The position numbers and the translations under genes were made by a program. Below the pieces are notes generated by a model. That model saw nothing but the letters and a program-made list of their open reading frames with translations. It had not been told where the DNA came from and made no database searches. This document shows, one piece after another, positions 38,352 through 47,167 of a DNA stretch of 64,000 nucleotides. Source of the stretch: Planctomycetota bacterium (GTDB lineage: Bacteria > Planctomycetota > Planctomycetia > Pirellulales > UBA1268); the NCBI GenBank assembly GCA_016872555.1, contig VGZO01000007.1:38897-102896 (forward strand), in the 5' to 3' direction. Each line of letters begins with the position of its first letter. Position 1 is the stretch's first letter.

Positions 38352-39160
38352 GCGCGCGACTTCGGTGTTTCGTGGTTGCGCTGCTCCTGCTCGCACTCCT
38401 GCCGCGCGCCGGGGGCGACGAACCGCTGCGGATCGCCCTGGCAGACGAGACGGAGTGGGGAGGGGCGGTGCCCGAGGACGTCCGCCGCGTCCTCGGCTCC
38501 GCGGCGCGGGCCCTGCTCGATCATGTCCCCGAGTCCGGCCTGCCCCCGCTCGAGGTCCGCGCCAGCGGCGGACCGATCGTCCTCCACGAGCGTGGCGACG
38601 GGGGCCTGGTGCGGATCCGTCTCAACACCGGCGGCAACCTCTGGTCGCAGTACGCCTACCAGTTTGCCCACGAACTGTGCCACGTCGTCTGCCGCTACGA
38701 CCGCGACCCGACGGGCAACCAGTGGTTCGAGGAGTCGCTGTGCGAGCTGGCGAGCCTGTTCGTCCTCAGGCGCATGGCCGAGCGCTGGGCCACCGAGCCC
38801 CCCTATCCCAACTGGCGCGACTACGCCCCGCACCTCGCCGCCTACGCCACCGCCCGGATCGACGGAGCACGGCTCCCCGAGGGAACGACGCTGGCCGACT
38901 GGTACCGTGCCAACCGCTCCGCGCTCGCCACCGTGGCGACCGACCGCCAGCGCAACACCGTCGTCGCCGCGGCCCTGCTGCCGCTGTTCGAGGCGGAGCC
39001 GGCCCACTGGGCGGCCGTGCCGTACCTCAACGAGGCGATGCCCACCGCCCCGCAGCCGTTCCGCGAATACCTCGCCGACTGGCGGCGCCGGGTTCCCCCG
39101 GAGCGGCGCGCGACGGTGGCGGCGATCGCGGCCGCGTTCGGGCAGACTGTCCCGGAGTGA
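38348..39160 (+). CDS. secreted hypothetical protein with HExxH motif (possible zinc metallopeptidase)
   Basis: 270 aa. GTGA overlap with the upstream gene. Signal peptide RLRCFVVALLLLALLPRAGG. YQFAHELCHVV (H-E-x-x-H) is followed by NQWFEESLCE, a possible third ligand (Glu). Confidence 0.6.
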   Translation: MSARLRCFVVALLLLALLPRAGGDEPLRIALADETEWGGAVPEDVRRVLGSAARALLDHVPESGLPPLEVRASGGPIVLHERGDGGLVRIRLNTGGNLWSQYAYQFAHELCHVVCRYDRDPTGNQWFEESLCELASLFVLRRMAERWATEPPYPNWRDYAPHLAAYATARIDGARLPEGTTLADWYRANRSALATVATDRQRNTVVAAALLPLFEAEPAHWAAVPYLNEAMPTAPQPFREYLADWRRRVPPERRATVAAIAAAFGQTVPE

Positions 39161-39169
39161 GCGCCTGCC

Positions 39170-39222
39170 ACTCCCCTACTCCCCTACTCCCCTACTCCCC
39201 TCCTCCCCTACTCCCCTACTCC
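39170..39222. repeat. tandem octamer repeat (ACTCCCCT) x6.5, C4 tracts on + strand and G4 tracts on - strand
   Basis: Direct reading gives a-ctcccct-a-ctcccct-a-ctcccct-a-ctcccct-c-ctcccct-a-ctcccct-a-ctcc, ending 1 nt before the nnrE ATG (39224) and starting 10 nt after the upstream stop. Confidence 0.95.
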
Positions 39223-39223
39223 A

Positions 39224-39907
39224 ATGACAACGCTCACGCGCCAGCAGGTGCGCGATTTCGACCGCCGCGCGATCGAGGACTACGGCGTGAGCGGAATCGT
39301 GCTCATGGAAAACGCCGGCCGTGCCGCCGCGGCAGTCGCGCACGACGAGTTCGGGGCCGGACCGGTGGCGGTCGTCTGCGGGCCGGGCAACAACGGGGGC
39401 GACGGCATGGTGATCGCCCGGCACCTCGAGAATCTCGGCCACGAGGTCCGCGTGCTGTCGGCGGCCCCGGCCGACCGCTTCACCGGTGCAGCCGCCGACA
39501 ACCTCGCGATCGTGCAACGCTGCGGCATTCCGCTCCACTTCCTCCCCGACGGCACGCCCGAGGCATGGCGGCTGGCGCTGGAGGGGGCGGTGTGGATCGT
39601 CGACGCGCTGCTCGGCACCGGTGCCGAGGGCTCCCCGCGCGGCGCGATCGCCACCGCGATCGAGGCGATCAACTCCGCCAGCCGGCGGGCGAGCACGGCG
39701 GTGTTCGCGGTCGACGTCCCCTCCGGCCTCGACGCCGACACCGGTACTCCCGCCGGCGCGTGCGTCGAGGCCCACGCCACGGGCACGTTCGTCGCCGCCA
39801 AGCCGGGCCTCGTGCTCCCCGAGGCCGAGCGCTTTACCGGCATGCTCCACGTGCTCGACATCGGCGCGCCGTTGGCACTGCGGCGCCAGTTCGGCCTCGT
39901 CGGCTGA
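39224..39907 (+). CDS. nnrE: NAD(P)H-hydrate epimerase (YjeF N-terminal domain)
   Basis: 227 aa. Motifs LMENAGRAAA, VVCGPGNNGGDGMVIARHL, VDALLGTG and DVPSGLDADTG. Confidence 0.88.
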   Translation: MTTLTRQQVRDFDRRAIEDYGVSGIVLMENAGRAAAAVAHDEFGAGPVAVVCGPGNNGGDGMVIARHLENLGHEVRVLSAAPADRFTGAAADNLAIVQRCGIPLHFLPDGTPEAWRLALEGAVWIVDALLGTGAEGSPRGAIATAIEAINSASRRASTAVFAVDVPSGLDADTGTPAGACVEAHATGTFVAAKPGLVLPEAERFTGMLHVLDIGAPLALRRQFGLVG

Positions 39908-39923
39908 CTGCCCGGCGGGAGGA

Positions 39924-42032
39924 TCAGCGGAGCTCGCCGTCGAGAAACGTCCAGCCGAGCGCGTCCATGAACGCCTTCTGACGATTGTCGGCGGCGCCGC
40001 CGTGGCCCCCTTCGATGTTCTCGTACGACAGCACCTTCTTGCCGTACTCCTCGAGCCGCGCCGCCATCTTCCGGGCGTGGCCGGGGTGAACGCGGTCGTC
40101 GCGGGTGCTGGTGGTGATGAGGATCGGCGGATAGTCCTTCGCCGGATCGAGGTTGTGGTATGGGGAGAAGCCCTTGATGAACTCCCACTCCGTCGGGTCG
40201 TCGGGGTTGCCGTACTCCCCCATCCAGCTCGCCCCCGCCAGGAGCGTGTGGTAGCGGCGCATGTCGAGGAGCGGCACCTGGCAGACGATCGCCCCCCACA
40301 GGTCGGGCCGGCGGGTGAGCATGTTGCCCATCAACAGCCCGCCGTTGCTGCCCCCCTTGATCCCGAGGTGCCGCGGGCTGGTCACCTTGCGGCGCACGAG
40401 GTCCTCGGCGACCGCGATGAAATCCTCGTAGGCCCGCGGCCGGTTGGCCTTGAGGGCCGCCTGGTGCCAGACGGGGCCGAATTCACCGCCGCCGCGGATG
40501 TTGGCGATCACCGACACGTTGCCCCGTTCGAGCCACGCCGCACCGGTCACGGGATCGTAGCCGGGGACGAGCGGGATCTCGAAGCCGCCGTAGCCATAGA
40601 GCAGCGTCGGCGTCGAGCCGTCGGGGGGAAGGTTCGCCCGGCCGATCTGGAAATAGGGCACCTTCGTGCCGTCGGCGCTGGTCGCCTCGTGCTGCTCGAC
40701 GACGAGACCGGTCGCGTCGAAGAACGCCGGGGCGCTCTTGAGCTTTTCGACCGCTCCCGCCCGCGGTGCACCGGTCGCGGGAAGACTTCCCAGCGCCAGT
40801 GTCGACGGGGCCAGCGGGCTGGCGGTGACGAGGAAGAAGTCGTCCCCCTCGAGATCGTCGACGGCCGAGACGCTCGCCGTGCCGACGTCGGGCACGCCGG
40901 CAAGCGGCTCACGGAGCCAGCGGCCATCCTGCCAGGAGAGGGCCTCGATCCGGTTGCGGACGTTGTCGAGCGTGGTCACGAGGAGGTGGTGGCGCGTCGG
41001 CGCCACCGCCACCAGCGACGTCCGCGGCCCCGGCCGGAAGAGGACGTGGAACTCGCGGGCGCCGGCCATGAAGCGCTCGTGGTCGATCGCCAGCAGCGCC
41101 CCCGCTGGATGGGTGGTGCCCGCCACCTCCCAGTCCTTGCGCAGCTCGAGGAGGAGCCACTCACGGTGGAGCGTGGCGTTGGCGTCGTCGGGCTTGGGCA
41201 CCTTGACGACCTTGCCGTCTCGCACCTGGTACAGCTCGTTGGTCCAGAACGTCATCTGCCGGACGATGAACTCGCGTTCGAATCCCGGCGTCCGGTCGGT
41301 GAAGGCGCTGGCCGCCATGTCGTCGGCCGCGGCCTCGAACACCGTCGTCGCCGTCGCCAGCGGCGTGCCCCGCTTCCAGACGCGCACCGTGCGCGGATAC
41401 CCGGACGACGTCATCGAGCCGGGTCCGAAATCGGTGCCGACCAGGAGCGTGTCGGCGTCGCGCCAGGCGACACGGCTCTTGGCCTCAGGCAGGGCGAAGC
41501 CACCGGTGACGAACTGGCAACTCTCGAGATCGAACTCGCGGATCACCTCGGCGTCGGCACCGCCGCGCGACAACGCCACCAGGCAGCGGCGGTCGTCGGG
41601 CTCGAGAACCGTGGCCCCGTGCCAGACCCAGTTCTCCTTCTCGGCGGCCGCCAGGGCATCGACGTCGATGACCGTCTCCCAGCCCGGCTCCGCCGTGCGG
41701 TAGTCGGCGAGCGTCGTCCGGCGCCACAGCCCCTTCGGGTTCTTGCCGTCGCGCCACAGGTTGTAGAACTGCGCGCCGATCTTGCCGACCATCGGGATCC
41801 GCGCCTTGGAGTCGAGGATCGAGAGGACGCGCCCCTCGAGTGCGCGGAACTCCTCCCGATCGGTCAGCGCCGCCTTGACCGTGGCGTTCCGCTGCCTGAC
41901 CCACTCCAGCTGTTTCTCACCCGTGACGTCCTCGAGCCACTGGTGCGGATCGGCAGGTTCTTCAGCGCGCGCGGCGACGTTCATGACGAGGAGGAGCAGG
42001 GTGAGGTGGGTGACGAGAAGCGGGCGGATCAT
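39924..42032 (-). CDS. prolyl oligopeptidase family serine peptidase (S9A)
   Basis: Start set at ATG 42032 (MIRPLLVTHLTLLLLVMNVAARA, signal). Beta-propeller plus alpha/beta hydrolase domain with GIKGGSNGGLLMG (G-x-S-x-G-G) and RDDRVHPGHARK. Confidence 0.88.
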   Translation of the reverse strand: MIRPLLVTHLTLLLLVMNVAARAEEPADPHQWLEDVTGEKQLEWVRQRNATVKAALTDREEFRALEGRVLSILDSKARIPMVGKIGAQFYNLWRDGKNPKGLWRRTTLADYRTAEPGWETVIDVDALAAAEKENWVWHGATVLEPDDRRCLVALSRGGADAEVIREFDLESCQFVTGGFALPEAKSRVAWRDADTLLVGTDFGPGSMTSSGYPRTVRVWKRGTPLATATTVFEAAADDMAASAFTDRTPGFEREFIVRQMTFWTNELYQVRDGKVVKVPKPDDANATLHREWLLLELRKDWEVAGTTHPAGALLAIDHERFMAGAREFHVLFRPGPRTSLVAVAPTRHHLLVTTLDNVRNRIEALSWQDGRWLREPLAGVPDVGTASVSAVDDLEGDDFFLVTASPLAPSTLALGSLPATGAPRAGAVEKLKSAPAFFDATGLVVEQHEATSADGTKVPYFQIGRANLPPDGSTPTLLYGYGGFEIPLVPGYDPVTGAAWLERGNVSVIANIRGGGEFGPVWHQAALKANRPRAYEDFIAVAEDLVRRKVTSPRHLGIKGGSNGGLLMGNMLTRRPDLWGAIVCQVPLLDMRRYHTLLAGASWMGEYGNPDDPTEWEFIKGFSPYHNLDPAKDYPPILITTSTRDDRVHPGHARKMAARLEEYGKKVLSYENIEGGHGGAADNRQKAFMDALGWTFLDGELR

Positions 42033-42117
42033 GGCACGGGTCCACGGGGATGGGAAATGACGCCGCGGGGGGCCCGGCGGAGGGTTCAACGTCGCCGGCG
42101 CGGAGGGCTCTCGCCCC

Positions 42118-43401
42118 TCACGATCGTACCTGCCCGCTGCCAGTGACGACGTACTTCGAGGTGGTCAATTCACGCGTACCGCACGGCCCGCGGGCGTGGA
42201 GCTTGTCGGTCGAGATCCCGATCTCGGCCCCCAGGCCGAGCTCGCCGCCGTCGTTGAACCGGGTGCTGGCATTGACCATCACCACGGCGGTGTCGACGCC
42301 GGCGGCGAAGCGCTCGGCCGCGGCTGGATCGGCGGTCACGATCGCGTCGGTGTGGCGCGAGCCGAACCGGTTGACGTGGGCGATCGCGTCGTCGAGCGAC
42401 TCGACGACGACGGCGGAGATCTTGGGCCCGTGATACTCACGGGCGTAATCGGCCGCGGTCGCCGGCACCGCCGCCGGCACCAGCCGGCAGACCGTCTCGT
42501 CGCCGGCGATCTCGACGCCGTGTGCGGCCAGCGCCGCGGCCGCGCCGGGGAGGAAACGGTCGGCCACGGCGCGGTGGACGACGAGGGACTCGGCGGCGTT
42601 GCAGACCCCCATCCGCTGGCACTTGGCGTTGACCACGATCGCGAGAGCCATCGCGAGATCGGCGGCGGAGTCGACGTAGACGTGGCAATTACCGGTAAAG
42701 TGCTTGAGCACCGGCATCCGCGCCTCGGTGGCGACCCGACGGACGAGCTCCTCGCCCCCGCGCGGAATCACGACGTCGATGCAGTCGCTCATCCCCAACA
42801 AGCAGCCGATGGCCGCCCGGTCCGGCGTTTCGACCAGCTGCACCGCCGCGAGCGGGACGCCCGTGTCGTCGAGGGCCCCGTGGATGCACTCCACGAGCCG
42901 CCGGCTCGACCGGGCCGCGTCGGTGCCGCCGCGGAGGATGATCGCATTGGCGCTGCCGAGGGCGACGGCGGCGGCGTCGGCGGTGACGTTGGGGCGCGAT
43001 TCATAGATGAACAGCACCACCCCCAGCGGCACCCGGACCTTGCGGACCACCAGGCCGTTGGGCCGCGTCCGCTCCTCGATCACCTCCCCGACCGGATCGG
43101 GCTGATCGGCCACCGCCTCCAGCCCGGCAGCGAGCGCCTCGACGCGGGCGCCGTCGAGCCGGAGGCGATCGAGGTTCGCCGCCCCGACCCCGGCCGCGCG
43201 GCCGGCCTCCATGTCGAGCGCGTTGGCGGCGAGGATCCCGGCGACGTCGGCGCGGATCCGCACTGCAGCCGCGCGGATCGCCGCGGCCCGCCGATGGCCG
43301 GGAACGGCCGCTAGTTCCTGCGCCGCCCGTCGGGCTCGCTCCGCGATCTGCCGGCAGTGGAGCTCCAACTCCTCCGGAGCGGGGCACGCGGTCGTGGTCA
43401 C
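42118..43401 (-). CDS. proA: glutamate-5-semialdehyde dehydrogenase (gamma-glutamyl phosphate reductase)
   Basis: 427 aa. Motifs IYESRPNVT, ILRGG, CNAAESLVVH, HTDAIVT and ASTRFNDGGELGLGAEIGIST. Confidence 0.93.
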   Translation of the reverse strand: MTTTACPAPEELELHCRQIAERARRAAQELAAVPGHRRAAAIRAAAVRIRADVAGILAANALDMEAGRAAGVGAANLDRLRLDGARVEALAAGLEAVADQPDPVGEVIEERTRPNGLVVRKVRVPLGVVLFIYESRPNVTADAAAVALGSANAIILRGGTDAARSSRRLVECIHGALDDTGVPLAAVQLVETPDRAAIGCLLGMSDCIDVVIPRGGEELVRRVATEARMPVLKHFTGNCHVYVDSAADLAMALAIVVNAKCQRMGVCNAAESLVVHRAVADRFLPGAAAALAAHGVEIAGDETVCRLVPAAVPATAADYAREYHGPKISAVVVESLDDAIAHVNRFGSRHTDAIVTADPAAAERFAAGVDTAVVMVNASTRFNDGGELGLGAEIGISTDKLHARGPCGTRELTTSKYVVTGSGQVRS

Positions 43402-43464
43402 GGGGGGATCTCCGACGCTCCAACCGACGCGGCCGTGATCGAGCCGCGGAATCGTACCATGCCG

Positions 43465-44355
43465 TCACCGGGCCGCCGCGAACGCCTCGAGTGCCGCCCT
43501 CACCAGCCCCACGGCGTGGACGCGCACCACCTGGACCCCGGCGGCGGCGAGATGGCAGGCGATCCCCGCCGTGGCCCCGTCGCGGAGCGCCTCGTCGGCC
43601 TTCCGCCCGAGGGCCTCCTCGACCAGTTTGCCGAGAAACCCCTTCCGCGAATGACCGACGAGGATCGGCTGCCCGATGTCGAGGAACCGGCCGGCGTGCC
43701 GGACGAGCGCGACGTTGTGCGCATGGGTCTTGCCGAAGCCGATCCCCGGGTCGAGGCAGATCCGTTCCCGGTCGATCCCCACCGTCAGCAGCGCCGTGCG
43801 GCGCGCGACGAGCCAGGCATGGATCTCGGCGACGACGTCGTCGTAGCGCGGGAGGATCTGCATCGTCTGCGGAGTCCCCTGCATGTGCATCGCGCAGACG
43901 CCGGCCCCGGTCTCGACCGCCAGCGGCAGCATCCCCGGATCGCCCTCCAGGCCGGTGACGTCGTTGATGATCTCGGCGCCGAGGTCGAGGGCGCGGCGGG
44001 CCACGGCGGCCTTGGAGGTGTCGATCGACACCGGCACGCCGGCCTCGCGCACCAGCCGGTCGACGACCGTGGCGGTGCGCCGCAGCTCCTCGGCGGCGTC
44101 CACCGGTGCCGAAAACGGCCGCGTGCTCTCCCCGCCGACATCGAGGATGTCGGCGCCCTCGGCGACCAGCCGCAGGCCGTGGTCGACGGCCGCGCCCGCG
44201 TCGGCATGCCGCCCACCGTCGGAGAAGCTGTCGGGGGTGACGTTGACGATCCCCATCACCAACGGGCGGCGCAGCGGCCCGTCGGTCCCCGGCAGGGGCA
44301 AGGCCAGCGTGCGCAAGCGCCAACGGGTGGGGAGTGGGGTGGCCATCGAGGCCAA
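43465..44355 (-). CDS. folP: dihydropteroate synthase
   Basis: 296 aa. Motifs MGIVNVTPDSFSDGG, DILDVGGESTRP, INDVTG and DPGIGFGKT. Confidence 0.93.
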   Translation of the reverse strand: MASMATPLPTRWRLRTLALPLPGTDGPLRRPLVMGIVNVTPDSFSDGGRHADAGAAVDHGLRLVAEGADILDVGGESTRPFSAPVDAAEELRRTATVVDRLVREAGVPVSIDTSKAAVARRALDLGAEIINDVTGLEGDPGMLPLAVETGAGVCAMHMQGTPQTMQILPRYDDVVAEIHAWLVARRTALLTVGIDRERICLDPGIGFGKTHAHNVALVRHAGRFLDIGQPILVGHSRKGFLGKLVEEALGRKADEALRDGATAGIACHLAAAGVQVVRVHAVGLVRAALEAFAAAR

Positions 44356-44392
44356 TGTACCGCCGTCACGGGGCGGAGGCGGCCTCGCCTGA

Positions 44393-44953
44393 TCACCACG
44401 GCTCTTCCATGAGCCCGACGATCTGCTGTGCCATCTTCACGATCCCCTCCTGCTGCGTGCTGGCCACCGAGCGGCCGAACTCGGGGACGAGCATCGCCGA
44501 CTGGCCGACGTCGACGCTCGCCGCGGGCAGCGGCACGGCGCCGGTGGCGAGCACGGCACCGCCGCGGTCGGCCCACGTGACGAGCACCTGGAGATTCATC
44601 TCCACTTGCCGCGACTGGTCGGTCGGGCTCTCGACCACCATCCGTTTGGTGTCGGCGACGATCCGCGCCGTCAGCACGCTGTCGGCCTCGGCGGTGCCGA
44701 CGACCTTGAACGGCGTCCGCTTCTCGATCTCCTTGCACACCGCCTCGGTGAGGCGCTCGCCGAGATCCAGTCCCGGTGTCATCCGGAACGATTCCGACTG
44801 GATCAGCGGCACGAAGACGGTGCGGACGTTGGGGGCGTAGAGCGTGGCGTTGCCGAAGCGGTAGCTGGCGCAGCCCGAGACGAGCAGGGCGGCGGCGATC
44901 AGGGCCAATGGCCACCGGCCCGTCGTGGCGATCGTGCCGCGCGCCTGATCCAT
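44393..44953 (-). CDS. LptE-like lipoprotein (tentative)
   Basis: 186 aa. Lipobox LLVSGC. RTVFVPLIQSESFRMTPGLDLGERLTEAVCKEI... resembles LptE family architecture. Confidence 0.6.
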   Translation of the reverse strand: MDQARGTIATTGRWPLALIAAALLVSGCASYRFGNATLYAPNVRTVFVPLIQSESFRMTPGLDLGERLTEAVCKEIEKRTPFKVVGTAEADSVLTARIVADTKRMVVESPTDQSRQVEMNLQVLVTWADRGGAVLATGAVPLPAASVDVGQSAMLVPEFGRSVASTQQEGIVKMAQQIVGLMEEPW

Positions 44954-44996
44954 GACGACACCCCTCGACGGCCGTACTCGGCCCGGAACCGGTCGC

Positions 44997-46268
44997 TCAG
45001 CGGACGATTCCCGCGTCGGTATCGTTCTCGCGGGCGATCACCGTGTCGGCTTCGGCCATGGCGTCGAGCTCCGCTTCCTTGAGCGAGTCGGGGTTGAGGA
45101 CCGCCGTCAGCATCGGGAACGGGTTGTCCGAGACGTCGGCGAGCCCCTCGATCTCGCCGAGCCGGTCGCGGGCCTTCTGGGCGAGGAGCGTCTGCGGACG
45201 GTCACGGGCCAGCAGCGCGTAGTAGATCCGCGCCGAGGTGTAGTGCTTTCCCTTGGCGTAGAACTCGGCGCGCTCCCAGTGCCGGAGCGCCTGCTGCGCG
45301 GCGATCTCCGCACGCGTGGTGACCAGCCGGTCCTGGTCCTCGTTCGTCAACTGGTCGGGGAACTGGACCAGCGTCTGGTCGGCGAGGAACTCCGCTTCGT
45401 CGAGCACGCCCCCTTCGTAGCCGGCCCCCTGGTAGGCGCGGAGCTTCGCCTGGATACCGAGCAGATGGGCCTCGAGGAGAAAGTCGCTGTCCGGGTATTC
45501 GGTGCGGAGCAGCCCGTAGAAGTAGTCGGCGTCGATCCACTGACGGTCGAGGAAGTGGGCGTTGGCCGCCGCCATGATGCTGTCGTCGGCGAGGATTCCG
45601 CGCGGATCGTTGAGACGGACATGCTCGAACGCCTTGAGGGCGCGCCCCTTGGTGTCGAACAGCGGCCGGCTGCGATCGGCGAGATTGGGGACCAGCAGCG
45701 GGAGGTGGTCTTTGCGGTCGACGGCGATCCAGTATTGGCCGATCACGAATTGCCGCTGGGCGACGCGGTCGAGGTAGCGCGAGTTGGCGTACTTCTTCAC
45801 CAGTTCGTCGTAACCGTCCTCGGCCTTGGGGTAGCGGTCGGTGAAGAACCAGCACTCGGCGAGCTGCCAGAGGGCGTCCTCCTCGACGGCCGAATCGGGC
45901 CAGCGGTCGACCGCCACCTTGTATTTGGCGATCGCCTCGTCGTAGCGGCGCTCGCGGTACAGGGCGTCACCCTCGGCCAGCGCCGCGCGGGCGACCGCCT
46001 CGTTCGGCCCGCGGCCGACGAGTTTCTTCCATCGCTTCTTGATGTTCTCCCCCTTGAAGTAGTCCCAACCCGTCCCGGTGTCGGCACTGGGGCGCTCTGA
46101 GGAGATCACGCCGGCATCGTCGGCCGCGAGCTCGCCGGCGGGCTTCGACCACGGCCAGCGCGGCTTCTCCAGCCCGGCGCAGCCGCCGGCAAGCAGGGCC
46201 GCCACCACGAGCGGCGGCACCGCGCGCACCACGGTGGCCAGCGGATCTCGGCGGGGGGAGGACGTCAT
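44997..46268 (-). CDS. BamD-like TPR lipoprotein
   Basis: C-terminal 423 aa of ORF 44997..46991, starting at ATG 46268 (MTSSPRR...). Lipobox LLAGGC. TPR-like repeats include GDALYRERRYDEAIAKYKVAVDRWPDSAVEEDALWQLAECWFFTDRYPKAEDGYDELVKKY. Confidence 0.75.
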   Translation of the reverse strand: MTSSPRRDPLATVVRAVPPLVVAALLAGGCAGLEKPRWPWSKPAGELAADDAGVISSERPSADTGTGWDYFKGENIKKRWKKLVGRGPNEAVARAALAEGDALYRERRYDEAIAKYKVAVDRWPDSAVEEDALWQLAECWFFTDRYPKAEDGYDELVKKYANSRYLDRVAQRQFVIGQYWIAVDRKDHLPLLVPNLADRSRPLFDTKGRALKAFEHVRLNDPRGILADDSIMAAANAHFLDRQWIDADYFYGLLRTEYPDSDFLLEAHLLGIQAKLRAYQGAGYEGGVLDEAEFLADQTLVQFPDQLTNEDQDRLVTTRAEIAAQQALRHWERAEFYAKGKHYTSARIYYALLARDRPQTLLAQKARDRLGEIEGLADVSDNPFPMLTAVLNPDSLKEAELDAMAEADTVIARENDTDAGIVR

Positions 46269-46390
46269 GGTCGCGGCTTCAGGGACGGGTGACCGGGCAG
46301 GCCGTGGACGACGCGTCCCGCGGCGAAACGGCGGCGGATCGCGCCTCGGCAACGGGGCGATATCGACGGCCCGCGCGGGTGGGAAATCGG

Positions 46391-47158
46391 TCAGCGACGC
46401 CGGGGTCCGGGCCGCTGTGGCGACGCGGATGCGGAGCGGAGCCGGCGGCCGAGCAGATGGGACAGGTAGGCATCGACGACGGCACGGGCCTCGCCGAGCC
46501 GGTCGGCATCGACGGTGAGGATCGTCCGTGGCGGCGTGGCGGCCAGCCGCCGGAGCAGCGCCAGCGCACCGTCGGACACCGAGACCACCAGTCGTTTGCC
46601 GCGTCGGCAGGAGGGGCACAGAGTCCCGCCGTCGAGCATCCCGAAGGAGGCGCGTCCCGTGCCGACCGGCGCCAGGCAGGCGGCGCAGCGCTCCAGCGCC
46701 GGCCCGTGACCGGTGAGGTGGAGGATCGCCAGGGCGGCGCGGATCCGCTCCTCGTCGACCCGGTCGTCGGATCCACGATGACCGGAGAGGGAGTGGACGC
46801 TGGCGACGACGGCATCGAAGAGCTCCGGCTGCGGATCGGCGTCGGCGGTGAGCGCGTCGGTCAGTTCGGTCAGGCCGACCGTCGCCTGATAGGCCGCCAG
46901 GCTGCCGGCGATCCGGAACCGCTCGAGGAGGCAGGCCTCGGTGAGCAGATCCAGACCGCCTGACGCACGGCGCAGGACGATTACCTCGCACGTGGAAAAC
47001 AGGTCAAGGGCGCCGTCGAACGGCCCCTTCGGACGCCACGCCCCCTTCGCCAGAGCCCGCAGCTTGCCGATCTCGCGCGTGAAGAGCGTGACCACGCTGC
47101 TCGTCTCGCCGAACGGCGTGGCACCGAGTACCAGCGCGAGCGTCTTCTCCGCGGCCAT
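46391..47158 (-). CDS. recO: DNA repair protein RecO
   Basis: 255 aa. N-terminal OB fold ALVLGATPFGETSSVVTLFTREIGKLRALAKGA. A Cys cluster CAACLAP...GGTLCPSC forms the zinc finger. Confidence 0.9.
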   Translation of the reverse strand: MAAEKTLALVLGATPFGETSSVVTLFTREIGKLRALAKGAWRPKGPFDGALDLFSTCEVIVLRRASGGLDLLTEACLLERFRIAGSLAAYQATVGLTELTDALTADADPQPELFDAVVASVHSLSGHRGSDDRVDEERIRAALAILHLTGHGPALERCAACLAPVGTGRASFGMLDGGTLCPSCRRGKRLVVSVSDGALALLRRLAATPPRTILTVDADRLGEARAVVDAYLSHLLGRRLRSASASPQRPGPRRR

Positions 47159-47167
47159 CGTCGCGTC

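Noticed and set aside
39486-42146. 886-aa plus-strand ORF
   Set aside because: It is antisense to the S9 prolyl oligopeptidase, which has the GGSNGG nucleophile elbow. Composition is Arg/Gly/Pro-biased.
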